Assembly (NCBI GenBank): GCA_029564175.1
Contig: JAKQQL010000421.1
Coordinates: forward strand, 1 to 19,832
DNA from: Candidatus Cloacimonadota bacterium
Lineage (GTDB): Bacteria; Cloacimonadota; Cloacimonadia; Cloacimonadales; WRIO01
DNA length: 19,832 nt
Direction of reading: 5' to 3'
Shown here: one piece after another, positions 8,672 through 17,890 of the stretch
Layout: the number at the start of each line of letters is the position of its first letter
How positions within the stretch are numbered: the first letter of the stretch is position 1
Program-made: the position numbers and the translations under genes
The notes under the pieces: model-generated
What the model saw: the letters and a program-made list of their open reading frames with translations, nothing else
Told to the model about the DNA's origin: nothing
The model's database searches: none

Positions 8672-11600
8672 ATGATGAGAATCAATAAAATACGTTTTAA
8701 AAACCTGAATTCGCTTTATGGAGAATGGGTCATTGACCTGACAAACAATGCTTATGTTGCGGATGGTATTTTTGCAATCACCGGACCCACCGGTGCAGGT
8801 AAAACCAGTATTCTTGATGCGATTTGTCTGGCACTTTACGGACAGACGCCACGTTTAAACAGAATTACAAAAAACAGTAATGATATCATGTCCAGACAAA
8901 CAGGTGAGTGCTTTGCCGAATTGACATTTGAAATAGAGAGTAACGTCTATCTTTGTTTTTGGAGTCAGCGAAGGGCTAGAAGAAAGGCAGATGGAGAACT
9001 GCAGAATGCAACTCATGAACTGACTAATTTAACTACAGAAAAACTGATTGCTAATGGACTGGTCAATGTTCCTGATGAGATTAAAAAGATTACTTCAATG
9101 AACTTTGATGAGTTCACACGATCGATGTTACTTGCACAAGGCGGATTTTCTGCTTTTTTACAAGCTTCTCCAGGTGACCGATCACCTATTCTGGAACAGA
9201 TAACCGGTACAGAAATTTACAGTAAGATATCCAAAATAGTACATTTGAAAAACAAAGCAGAACAGGAAAAGTTAAGTCATCTGAAAGCAAAACTCGATGG
9301 AGTCAGTCTTTTAACAGATGATGAAATAAATGAATTTCAAGAAAAATTACAGATACTGCAAAGTGATGAATTGATTGTGAAACAAACAATAGATCAAATT
9401 TACCAGTCAATTGAATGGTTAAAGCAAATCAGTCAGCTGAAAAATAGTATTGAACAACAAAAGCAAAAAGAAGCAGAGGTTCAGAAGGCAATAGATGATT
9501 TTCATGCAGATAGAATCTTACTGGAAAAATCAAAAATGGCTCTTGAACACGCTGCTGTTTACAATGAACTCAAGACACATCGGTCAGAACTTAGCCAGTT
9601 AGTATCAGATTATCAAAAAAATCTCAATCAGCTGGCTCAAAAACAAGATCAATTAAAACAACAGAAAGAATTGTTATCAGATTCTCAGGCTCGATATAAG
9701 CAGCATTCTGAATCATACAGTCAGCTAAAACCACTACTACAGAAGGTTAGAACGCTTGATATTCAAATAAATGAGAAAATGGTTCCATTGGATGTTTTAA
9801 AAAAGCAGATTAAAAACTTAGATAAAGATTTGTCTGATTTGAAGAACAAAACAGATAAAATGACTCAGCAATTTAACCAGACAGATAATAGTTTAAATCA
9901 GACAAATACCTATTTGGCTGAACATGAGACAGATAGAGGATTAACTGCAGATATTGCCAGTATTACTTATCAGATTGACGATTACAAAAAAATAGTAAAT
10001 GAGAAGAAAAAAGCAACAGATAATGAGAAGAAGCTACAATCTGAAATGAATACTTTGAGTCAAACGATTCAAAATATCTCTGAAGAGGTGAAGCAGATTG
10101 AGGAAAAACGGGTATTTCATCAATCTGAAAGTGATAAAATCCAAAAAGAAACTGATCAACTGCTTCAGGGGAAAAGCTATGTTGAATTTTTTAATGCTGT
10201 TAATCTGCTTAAAGATGAAAAAAACCGATATGAAAAAATATATACTCAGATAGTAGATTTGAATAAGATAAAAGACGAAGAAAAAGAAACAGGTGAATCC
10301 ATATTAAATCAGCAAAATGAAATAGATATGCTTAAAATTATGCTTGAAAAAGAAACCCAGCAGATTAACACCCTTCTGACTGATATTCAGGTTTTGGAAG
10401 ATAACTATAAAAGTATTCAGCAAATTCAAAGCTATGAAGAATCAAGGAAACAGTTAAAAGATGGTTCTCCCTGTCCTTTATGCGGTGCAACCGAGCATCC
10501 TTTTGCTAAAGGAAATATACCTGTTTTGAGTTCTACTCAGGCCCTTCTAAAAGAAAAAAAGAAGGTTCATGATCAGTTGTATGCCCTTAATCATCAGCAT
10601 TCTATTCAATTAAAAACCTTAGAAAACAGCCTTCAAAATAATCAAAAAAAACAGATCATCATTCGTAAAGAGATTTCTGAACGAAAAGAACAAATTACCT
10701 CATTAATGACACAATCAGATATCTCTTATTCTTGTGATTTCAATGTGGCTCAACTTAAACAGAGAATGGATTCTGTTAGCTTATCAATCAGCATTTCTGA
10801 AAAACAAAATAAACAACTGGAAACCCTGAATCATAAAAAAACAGATAATGAGAAATTACTGGAAAACATCAAATCTCAAATCATACTTCAGGTAAATCAT
10901 AAAGTTGAACTTGAAAATCAACTGAAGATGAAAGAACAGCAGGTTCTTCAGATCAACCAATTTCTCCAGGATCTGTTTCTAAAAGTAATGCGTTTAAACA
11001 AAGAAATCAATGAAAAAATATCAAAATATGGACAGGTAGATTTTAAAGTTGAGAAGGCAGATTCAATTCTAAAAATATTGCTTGAAAGAGATGATTTGTG
11101 GAAATCACATAAACAGAATCAGTCAGATATGGAAAAAGAAATTCTTCGTCTTGATGAGCAGTTAAACGCATTAAAAGAAAAAAATGATTTGACAGTAATT
11201 ATGCTGTCCAACAGTGAAAAGACATATCAGTTGAACAAAAAAGAAATTGATGATTTACAACAAAAGCGCTTTGAAAAATTTGAGAAGAAAAATCCTGATC
11301 AGGAAGAAAAGAATGCTGAAGATACAAGTCTTTTGTTAAAAGCTCAGTTAGAAAAACAACAGGCAATTTATCAGCAGTTGCTTAATGAAACTGAAAAACT
11401 TCAAGGTTTAATCGAGGCAGGCATACAGCAACAAGAAAATCGTCATATACTAATAAAAAAAACAGAAGAACTCTTTTTTTCACGTATTACAGCAGTCGGG
11501 TTTGAGGATGAAAAGACTTTTTTGGATGCTTGTATAAGTGAAGAAAAAAGGCATCAGCTTGAGCTAAAGGCAAATGAATTGATTACTCAGCAGATTCGAA

Positions 11601-12352
11601 TCAGCTCTTTAATCAATGACCTTCAAAATCAGCTTCTAGTAGAAGAAACGAAAAAAATTACAGACAAGGCACCTGAAGAACTTGAAAGCAATATGACTGA
11701 GTTAAATGATAAGAGAAATGAACTCCTTGCCAAATCAGGTGCTATAAAGGACAGAATTACACAGAATGGTGTATTACAGATACAACAGAAAGAAACGATC
11801 AATGCCTATGATAATCAAAATACAGAAAGCCGCCGATGGAAAAAATTGCATGATCTGATCGGCTCTGCTGATGGAAAGAAATTTCGCAATTTTGCTCAGG
11901 GTCTGACATTTGATTATTTGATTCATTATGCCAATGAACATTTAGAGAAAATGAGTGATCGCTATCTATTGATACGGAATGATATACAATCCCTGGAACT
12001 CAGTGTGATGGATAATTATCAGGCAGGTGAGATTCGATCCTCGAAAAATCTATCCGGTGGTGAGTCTTTTATTGTTAGTTTATGTCTGGCATTGGGGCTA
12101 TCACAGATGGTAAGTAACCGAATACGAATAGATTCACTGTTTTTGGATGAAGGATTTGGTACGCTCGATGAAGATGCACTTGATACGGCTTTAAACACAC
12201 TTGCCAGTCTTCGACATGACAATAAACTGATCGGTATTATATCTCATGTGGTAAATGTGAAAGAGCGGATTCTGACACAAATCCAGGTAAAACCACTGAA
12301 AAGCGGTAAAAGTATTATCAACGGTCCTGGTTGTCAGCAGATTAGAGAATGA
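8672..12352 (+). CDS. sbcC: Exonuclease SbcCD subunit C (Rad50-like SMC ATPase)
   Basis: FKNLNSL, Walker A GPTGAGKT, Q-loop LAQGGF, long coiled coils, central zinc hook PCPLCG, signature LSGGESF, Walker B FLDEGFGTLD, IISHV. The start may be ATG 8675. Confidence 0.96.
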   Translation: MMRINKIRFKNLNSLYGEWVIDLTNNAYVADGIFAITGPTGAGKTSILDAICLALYGQTPRLNRITKNSNDIMSRQTGECFAELTFEIESNVYLCFWSQRRARRKADGELQNATHELTNLTTEKLIANGLVNVPDEIKKITSMNFDEFTRSMLLAQGGFSAFLQASPGDRSPILEQITGTEIYSKISKIVHLKNKAEQEKLSHLKAKLDGVSLLTDDEINEFQEKLQILQSDELIVKQTIDQIYQSIEWLKQISQLKNSIEQQKQKEAEVQKAIDDFHADRILLEKSKMALEHAAVYNELKTHRSELSQLVSDYQKNLNQLAQKQDQLKQQKELLSDSQARYKQHSESYSQLKPLLQKVRTLDIQINEKMVPLDVLKKQIKNLDKDLSDLKNKTDKMTQQFNQTDNSLNQTNTYLAEHETDRGLTADIASITYQIDDYKKIVNEKKKATDNEKKLQSEMNTLSQTIQNISEEVKQIEEKRVFHQSESDKIQKETDQLLQGKSYVEFFNAVNLLKDEKNRYEKIYTQIVDLNKIKDEEKETGESILNQQNEIDMLKIMLEKETQQINTLLTDIQVLEDNYKSIQQIQSYEESRKQLKDGSPCPLCGATEHPFAKGNIPVLSSTQALLKEKKKVHDQLYALNHQHSIQLKTLENSLQNNQKKQIIIRKEISERKEQITSLMTQSDISYSCDFNVAQLKQRMDSVSLSISISEKQNKQLETLNHKKTDNEKLLENIKSQIILQVNHKVELENQLKMKEQQVLQINQFLQDLFLKVMRLNKEINEKISKYGQVDFKVEKADSILKILLERDDLWKSHKQNQSDMEKEILRLDEQLNALKEKNDLTVIMLSNSEKTYQLNKKEIDDLQQKRFEKFEKKNPDQEEKNAEDTSLLLKAQLEKQQAIYQQLLNETEKLQGLIEAGIQQQENRHILIKKTEELFFSRITAVGFEDEKTFLDACISEEKRHQLELKANELITQQIRISSLINDLQNQLLVEETKKITDKAPEELESNMTELNDKRNELLAKSGAIKDRITQNGVLQIQQKETINAYDNQNTESRRWKKLHDLIGSADGKKFRNFAQGLTFDYLIHYANEHLEKMSDRYLLIRNDIQSLELSVMDNYQAGEIRSSKNLSGGESFIVSLCLALGLSQMVSNRIRIDSLFLDEGFGTLDEDALDTALNTLASLRHDNKLIGIISHVVNVKERILTQIQVKPLKSGKSIINGPGCQQIRE

Positions 12353-12354
12353 AT

Positions 12355-12438
12355 TGTACTGTAATCTACCAGCTTGCGAAAATAGAAAACAAGCAAGTTG
12401 CTTGTCCTACAACAGTTTGCGAAAATTTCCGTACTACA
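12355..12438. repeat. Cluster of REP-like palindromes (inverted doublet plus a third unit)
   Basis: 12355-12378(+) TGTAC-TGTAATCT-ACC-AGCTTGCG (degenerate copy of 13898-13921); 12388-12411(-) TGTAG-GACAAGCA-ACT-TGCTTGTT; 12418-12438(-) TGTAG-TACGGAAATTTTCGCA. Confidence 0.7.
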
Positions 12439-12475
12439 AGCATATTGCTTGTAGAATCATAATTTTGGAGAATTA

Positions 12476-13276
12476 ATGAGATGCTGGGTGTTGAAACCTT
12501 GTAAAGAACTTTCTTCATATATAAAGCATTACTGGGTTCTGGAAATTGATGAAAAAGAAGGAGATATCACAGAAAGGGTAATTCCTACAGGTAATATCGA
12601 ACTGATGTTTCACTATAAAAAGCCATTTACCGCATTTACCAATCATCAGGTAATTAATCAGCCAAAATCATTTTTAAGTGGCATTGCTCATCAATATTCA
12701 GATGTTTTGGCAAAAGGGGGAACGGGTGTAATTGCTGTTACTTTTTTCCCTTATGGCGCTTGTCATTTTTTTGATTTTCCTCTCAGTGAAGCAGATAACA
12801 GGATTATTAGTTTATCAGATATAGATTACAAAAGTATTTGTGAGATTGAGGAAAGATTATACAATACGCCTGAGATGATAGAAAAAATAAAAATAATAGA
12901 GGGCTTCCTGATAAAACGTTTCAGAACGATCAATACCCATGATGTATCGTTCATCAAAGAGAGTATTCAACTGATTCGCTACCAGAAAGGTTTGATTAAA
13001 GTGAGTGACCTGAGTCGTAAACTCCATACAACAACAAGAACTATGGAAAGAAAATTTAATCATTTTTTAGGAAAATCCCCCAAACAATATATCCGGATTA
13101 TTCGCTTTCACCGGGTAGTCAAAGGTCTGTATCAACTCCAACAGAAATCCCTGACAGAATATGCCTATGAGAATGAGTATTTTGATCAGGCACATTTTAT
13201 CAATGATTTTAAACAACTGACTGGTTACTCTCCTTCTGAATTCATTGCTAATTGTCCGGAAGAACCTGAGTTGTAA
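12476..13276 (+). CDS. AraC/XylS-family transcriptional regulator (DUF6597-like N-terminal domain plus double HTH)
   Basis: N-terminal P...L..YIKHYW...ERVIPTGNIELMF; C-terminal RTMERKF...LGKSPKQY.RI.RF and YFDQAHFINDFKQLTGYSP; GGAG RBS. Confidence 0.92.
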   Translation: MRCWVLKPCKELSSYIKHYWVLEIDEKEGDITERVIPTGNIELMFHYKKPFTAFTNHQVINQPKSFLSGIAHQYSDVLAKGGTGVIAVTFFPYGACHFFDFPLSEADNRIISLSDIDYKSICEIEERLYNTPEMIEKIKIIEGFLIKRFRTINTHDVSFIKESIQLIRYQKGLIKVSDLSRKLHTTTRTMERKFNHFLGKSPKQYIRIIRFHRVVKGLYQLQQKSLTEYAYENEYFDQAHFINDFKQLTGYSPSEFIANCPEEPEL

Positions 13277-13413
13277 ACTAATTTTAATATGAAAAGAAAA
13301 ATATGTAGTAGACAGACTTAGATTCAATCATAGAATAATTGAACTTTATTATTACAAACTATCTACTATTCAGTCAAAGCTACGACAGTTTGATGTCGAG
13401 AAAGGAACGAAAA

Positions 13414-13659
13414 ATGGGGCTTATCACTTTTGTTTTTGCACTTGTGTCGATTATCCTGACATTAGTTGCTTTTATCCCTCTTCTGGGTTGGTTAAACTGG
13501 ATTTTTATACCAATTAGCATTATTTCTTTGATTCTAAATGTGATTGCGTATCATGTAAATACAGGATTCAAACAGCTTGCAAGAGCAGGAATCATTATAT
13601 CTATTATCGCATTAGTCATTGGGATATTCCGCTTGCAATTGTTTGGAGGGATTCTGTAG
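13414..13659 (+). CDS. Small integral membrane protein of unknown function (81 aa, about 3 TM helices)
   Basis: AAGGA RBS before ATG 13414, preferred over the TTG at 13339. Almost entirely hydrophobic, with a FIPLLGWLNW..IP motif. Confidence 0.8.
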   Translation: MGLITFVFALVSIILTLVAFIPLLGWLNWIFIPISIISLILNVIAYHVNTGFKQLARAGIIISIIALVIGIFRLQLFGGIL

Positions 13660-13670
13660 AATTCATTCAC

Positions 13671-13696
13671 TATAGACGCGAAAAATCGCGTCTATA
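13671..13696. repeat. Perfect 11-bp hairpin (REP-like or terminator-like) after the membrane protein gene
   Basis: TATAGACGCGA-AAAA-TCGCGTCTATA; no clear U-tract. Confidence 0.65.
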
Positions 13697-13755
13697 CTTG
13701 TATGGTAAGAACCGGATAATCAGTCATGATCTGATTTTAATAAAAGTCAGAATTT

Positions 13756-13794
13756 TGTCGTTTTTTTACAATTCAGAAAAACTCGTCTTAAAAT
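13756..13794 (+). promoter_or_regulatory. Putative promoter for the ABC/UvrA operon with a candidate activator site overlapping the -35
   Basis: TGTCG-TTTTTTT-ACAA (13756-13771) contains TTTACA (13765-13770), then an 18-nt spacer and TAAAAT (13789-13794). Confidence 0.45.
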
Positions 13795-13817
13795 ATTGTC
13801 CTTATCAGAAAGAAAAG

Positions 13818-13948
13818 TGCTTAGGTAAGCAATCCTGCCTGCCTAAATAATTCACAAGCTGATTGTAAGGCAAGCAATCTTGCTTGCCAAAGATAATCGC
13901 AAGCTGGAAGCTTGCGGTACAAGTTACGAGCAGGATGCTCGTTCTACA
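13818..13948. repeat. Cluster of four REP-like palindromes in (+)(+)(-)(-) orientation
   Basis: 13818-13843(+) degenerate GGTAAGCA-ATCC-TGCCTGCC; 13864-13888(+) TGTAA-GGCAAGCA-ATCT-TGCTTGCC; 13898-13921(-) TGTAC-CGCAAGCT-TCC-AGCTTGCG; 13925-13948(-) TGTAG-AACGAGCA-TCC-TGCTCGTA. Confidence 0.8.
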
Positions 13949-13979
13949 GCTTACTGTACAACAATATGATAAGGAGTGA

Positions 13980-14753
13980 ATGATGAATTGGATGATCAGA
14001 GCAAAAAACGTGTTTAAAACGTATCCCAATGGTTTTCAGGCACTAAAAGGGATTGATCTGGAAATAGCTGATGCTGATTTTTTTACACTTCTTGGTCCAA
14101 ATGGAGCAGGAAAATCTACTTTACTCAAAGTACTAAGCGGCTTGCTTCGTGTAGATCAGGGAGAAATTAAAATCAATAGTTTAAATCCCGAAAAGCACTT
14201 TCTTCAAATTCAGCGCTTTTTAGGGGTATGTTCACAGGATAATGATTTGGATCCGACTGATGATGTAATATCTCAACTGATTTTCCAGGGCAGGTTATTT
14301 GGCATGACATATAAAGAAGCGACAAAAAGAGCAGAAGAATTGGCAGACTTGTTTATGTTGAATGATGAAGTAAAAAAGAAAGCTCAGGATTTATCAGGGG
14401 GTAATAAAAGAAAACTACATTGTGCTTTAGCGCTGGTACATAATCCAAAGCTTCTTTTTTTGGATGAACCGACTGTAGGCATGGACCCATTGGCAAGAGA
14501 CAATTTCTGGCGTGTTATATGTCATCTGAATCAGAGCGCTGGAGTCAGTATCTTTTTGACCACCCAGTATCTTGAAGAGGCTGATAAACATGCAAGTCAC
14601 ATGGCATTGATTATTCAGGGAAATTTACATTTTAATGGTTTAGTAAAAGATTTTAAGCTTCAAATGCATCCTGAAAGTTCATTGAATCTTGAAGAAAGTT
14701 ATTTGAAATATGTGAGAAGTTTAACTGAGAAGGGAGAGAATCATGCAGTCTAG
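13980..14753 (+). CDS. ABC-2-type exporter ATP-binding subunit (DrrA/NodI-like)
   Basis: Walker A GPNGAGKST, signature LSGGNKRKL, Walker B LFLDEPTVGMDP, TTQYLEEAD (Q in place of the H-switch, as in the DrrA group), C-terminal LEESYL resembling the DrrA LDEVFL motif. AAGGAG RBS; the start may be ATG 13983. Confidence 0.93.
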   Translation: MMNWMIRAKNVFKTYPNGFQALKGIDLEIADADFFTLLGPNGAGKSTLLKVLSGLLRVDQGEIKINSLNPEKHFLQIQRFLGVCSQDNDLDPTDDVISQLIFQGRLFGMTYKEATKRAEELADLFMLNDEVKKKAQDLSGGNKRKLHCALALVHNPKLLFLDEPTVGMDPLARDNFWRVICHLNQSAGVSIFLTTQYLEEADKHASHMALIIQGNLHFNGLVKDFKLQMHPESSLNLEESYLKYVRSLTEKGENHAV

Positions 14754-15507
14754 TATCCATTTACTCTTGATAGGGCGTTCTTTAAAGAAATTGATTAAAC
14801 AGCCGATGGCACCTTTGATGGGATTTTTAATGAGTCTTTTTTTTCTGCTGGTATATAATGCTGGTATTGGAGGTGTTGGCTTTTTAAAAGAATTTGGAGA
14901 TGCAGGGTACTATGCGTTTATCTTCCCTGTTACAATTATCTCATTGGCAATGGGCTCTTCTTCCGGCGCAGGTCAAACCTTATTTAATGATATGCAGTCA
15001 GGATATTTCAAGAGAATGTTTCTGAGTCCTGTACCCCGTTATTTGCTGGTATTATCTCCCATCATAGCAGATTTGTTTTCTTCTTTGTTATTTACCTTTC
15101 TGATGTTGCTAATTGGTGCATTAACCGGACTCCATTTTCAATTCTCTCTCATTTCATGGTTGGGAGTCATGTTAATTTCATTACTCTGGTCGTTGTTTTT
15201 ATGTGCGCTATCCGCTGGAATAATGGTTCGAACCGGTCAGCCACAGAGTGTTTCTGCATTGACCAGTATCATCTTTAGCATGTTGTTTTTAAGTACTACG
15301 TTTATGCCTGCTGAATTAATAAAGGCAAAATGGCTGCTACTGATTTCAAAAATCAATCCTGTTACTTATGCGCTGGAAGGAATACGCTATTTTCTTGGAG
15401 GAACCGCTTCTTTTGATTATGTTATATATGCTGTACTAATACTTGGATTTATGTCATTATTGTCTGTTATTTTTGCCTTGTGCAGTACCCGTAAAATGAA
15501 GATTTAG
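14743..15507 (+). CDS. ABC-2-type exporter permease (DrrB-like)
   Basis: About six hydrophobic helices; D.QSGYFKRMFLSPV.R and FLS..F.P....W...IS.INPVTYALEGIR motifs; overlaps the ATPase gene by 11 nt. Confidence 0.92.
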   Translation: MQSSIHLLLIGRSLKKLIKQPMAPLMGFLMSLFFLLVYNAGIGGVGFLKEFGDAGYYAFIFPVTIISLAMGSSSGAGQTLFNDMQSGYFKRMFLSPVPRYLLVLSPIIADLFSSLLFTFLMLLIGALTGLHFQFSLISWLGVMLISLLWSLFLCALSAGIMVRTGQPQSVSALTSIIFSMLFLSTTFMPAELIKAKWLLLISKINPVTYALEGIRYFLGGTASFDYVIYAVLILGFMSLLSVIFALCSTRKMKI

Positions 15508-15516
15508 GAGTTAAAA

Positions 15517-17772
15517 ATGGAAAAGAATAAAATTATCATCAAAAATGCCCACATGAATAATCTGAAAAACGTCAGTCTGGAAATCCCCAAAGATAAACTG
15601 GTTACTTTTACAGGAGTATCCGGATCAGGTAAATCTTCATTATTATTTGATACGATTTATACCGAGGCACAAAGACAGCTGGTGGAAACCTTTTCTACTT
15701 TTGCCAGAACGAGAATGCCAAAGTTATCGCGTCCTGATGTTGATGATATCCTCAATTTATCAACTCCTATAGTCATAGATCAAAAGCGCTTGGGTAAAAA
15801 TCTCAGAAGCACTGTCGGTACGGTTACAGAAGTGAATACTTATCTCAGATTGATTTTTTCCAGACTTGCCCAGCCCCCAATTGGACCTTCTTTTATGTAT
15901 TCTTTCAATCATCCGGAAGGGATGTGCCCGGTTTGTCACGGGTTGGGCAAAGAAATAAGTGTGGATATGGATTTGTTTCTTGATAAATCAAAATCTCTGA
16001 GTGAGGGTGCCATCATGCATCCTCATTATAAACCAGGCTCTTATCTTTTAAAAGAACTGATTGGTTTAGAGTTGTTTGATAATCATAAAAAGCTCTCGGA
16101 CTTTGAAGCAGAAGAACTAAATCGATTGCTTTATTCAGAAACGTTTGAAATTGAAAATGCAAAAGAAAAGCTGAGTTACAAGCGTAATTTTGAAGGATTG
16201 ATCAGAAAGCTGGAAAAAGCGATTCGTACTAAGGCAGATGATGAAGGAGATGAAGAAGAAAAGAATGCCTATTCCCGATTTTTTGTCTATCGTACTTGTT
16301 CTGGCTGTAATGGTACCCGGTTGAATGAAAAAGCACTCAAATCCACTATTCATGGCAAGAACATAGCAGAACTATGCCAAATGGAACTCAATGAACTTTT
16401 AGATTTTATAAGCAGATTAACTGATCAGATTTCTGAAACGGTTTTAAGAAAAGTAAAATTTCTGCTGGAACAGCTGATAGAGATTGGCGTCTCGTATCTG
16501 ACTCTGGATAGGGCAGTTTCTACATTATCGGGTGGAGAATCGCAAAGGGTAAAAATGGCGAAGCAATTGGATTGTAATCTGGTTGATCTTCTCTATATCC
16601 TTGATGAACCTTCTATCGGATTACATGCACGTGATACTCAAAAGCTGATGGAGATGTTAAAGAAGATAAAGGATAAGGGAAACTCTGTCTTGATTGTAGA
16701 GCATGATCCTGATATTATTTTGTCCTCAGAATGGATAATTGATGTTGGTCCGGAAGCAGGTTCAAAAGGGGGTTGTATTGTTTACAACGGAGAGCCGGAT
16801 GGATTAAGACAAGCAAACAGCATCACAGCGAAATATTTGTTTCAAAATGAGAAACCGGTTTATAAACGAAAATCATTCAATCAATTCTATCCTGTTCGTA
16901 ATGCAAATGTGAATAATCTGAAGAATCTCGACGTAAATATTCCAAAGGGAGTGCTTACCTGCATCACCGGTGTGGCAGGCAGTGGAAAGAGTTCATTGAT
17001 TCATGAATGTTTCCTGGCAGAATATCCTGAGTCAATTGTTGTTGATCAAAATCCAGTAGGAAAATCTTCCAGAGCAACTCTGGCAACTTATATAGGTGTA
17101 TTTGATTTGATACGTAAAGAATATGCACTGCATAATCAATGTGATGCGTCATTGTTTAGCTTTAATTCTAAAGGTGCTTGTCCAAAATGTAATGGGTCTG
17201 GATCATTGAGTTATGAATTACATTTTCTTGATACAGTCAAGACTGTTTGTGATGAGTGTGAGGGTAAACGTTATCACTCAGATGTACTGGCATATACATA
17301 TAAGGGCTTGAATATAGCCGATTTACTCAATACCAGTGTGGCTGAAGCGAAACCGCTGTTTCATCAACCAAAAATCAGAAAGCTCTTACAGGTACTACAA
17401 GATACAGGTCTCTCGTATTTAAAACTTGGTCAGACCCTTAGTACATTGTCCGGTGGTGAACTACAACGCTTAAAGCTTGCTTCTGAATTACATAAAGAAG
17501 GAAATATCTATGTAATGGATGAACCGACTACCGGCTTGCATCTGTCTGATATTCATCAGTTTTACCAGATTATCAAATCATTAACTGATAAAGATAATAC
17601 CGTCATTATTATTGAACATAATCTGGAAATTATCCGGTATGCAGACTGGATTATTGACATGGGACCAGAAGGAGGTAAAAATGGAGGTCAGATTCTGTTT
17701 AAAGGCAGACCTGAAGACCTGATTAAAGAAGAAAAGTCGCATACTGCTGTTTATTTGAAAGAGTATTTGTAG
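15517..17772 (+). CDS. Class II UvrA-like protein (UvrA2/DrrC-like), lacking the UvrB-binding domain
   Basis: Two ABC modules (GVSGSGKSS/LSGGESQR/LDEPSIGLH and GVAGSGKSS/LSGGELQR/MDEPTTGLH) and Zn motifs CPVC, CSGC, CPKC, CDEC. Only 751 aa: YLRLIFSR joins SFNHPEGMCPVC after ~11 aa, where canonical UvrA has the first Zn module and UvrB-binding domain. The AGGAG RBS overlaps the permease stop. Confidence 0.9.
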   Translation: MEKNKIIIKNAHMNNLKNVSLEIPKDKLVTFTGVSGSGKSSLLFDTIYTEAQRQLVETFSTFARTRMPKLSRPDVDDILNLSTPIVIDQKRLGKNLRSTVGTVTEVNTYLRLIFSRLAQPPIGPSFMYSFNHPEGMCPVCHGLGKEISVDMDLFLDKSKSLSEGAIMHPHYKPGSYLLKELIGLELFDNHKKLSDFEAEELNRLLYSETFEIENAKEKLSYKRNFEGLIRKLEKAIRTKADDEGDEEEKNAYSRFFVYRTCSGCNGTRLNEKALKSTIHGKNIAELCQMELNELLDFISRLTDQISETVLRKVKFLLEQLIEIGVSYLTLDRAVSTLSGGESQRVKMAKQLDCNLVDLLYILDEPSIGLHARDTQKLMEMLKKIKDKGNSVLIVEHDPDIILSSEWIIDVGPEAGSKGGCIVYNGEPDGLRQANSITAKYLFQNEKPVYKRKSFNQFYPVRNANVNNLKNLDVNIPKGVLTCITGVAGSGKSSLIHECFLAEYPESIVVDQNPVGKSSRATLATYIGVFDLIRKEYALHNQCDASLFSFNSKGACPKCNGSGSLSYELHFLDTVKTVCDECEGKRYHSDVLAYTYKGLNIADLLNTSVAEAKPLFHQPKIRKLLQVLQDTGLSYLKLGQTLSTLSGGELQRLKLASELHKEGNIYVMDEPTTGLHLSDIHQFYQIIKSLTDKDNTVIIIEHNLEIIRYADWIIDMGPEGGKNGGQILFKGRPEDLIKEEKSHTAVYLKEYL

Positions 17773-17890
17773 TTAACTTGTTAGACACTGGTTAAACAGA
17801 TTGATACTGATTTTTGTTATAGTATGAGCATTTAGCTAATAGAAAAATTTACCAAAACGGTCAGTAGGGATCTGCAAAACTGAGCTTGCA

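Noticed and set aside
12019..13327. Minus-strand ORFs 12019-12222, 12857-13063 and 13067-13327
   Set aside because: Antisense shadows of sbcC and the AraC gene.
13818..13948. CRISPR array or integron attC cassette interpretation of the repeats
   Set aside because: Units differ in sequence, switch orientation and have irregular 3-20-nt gaps; no cas or integrase gene; no RYYYAAC...GTTRRRY attC structure recognised.
13805..14029. Minus-strand 74-aa ORF
   Set aside because: Reads through the REP-like cluster; its repeated G.QDCLP peptide is just the translated repeat.
16135..17152. Minus-strand ORFs 16135-16353 and 16964-17152
   Set aside because: Antisense shadows within the UvrA-like gene.
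15517..17772. Canonical nucleotide-excision-repair uvrA
   Set aside because: Too short and lacks the UvrB-binding insertion; operon context points to class II/DrrC-like.
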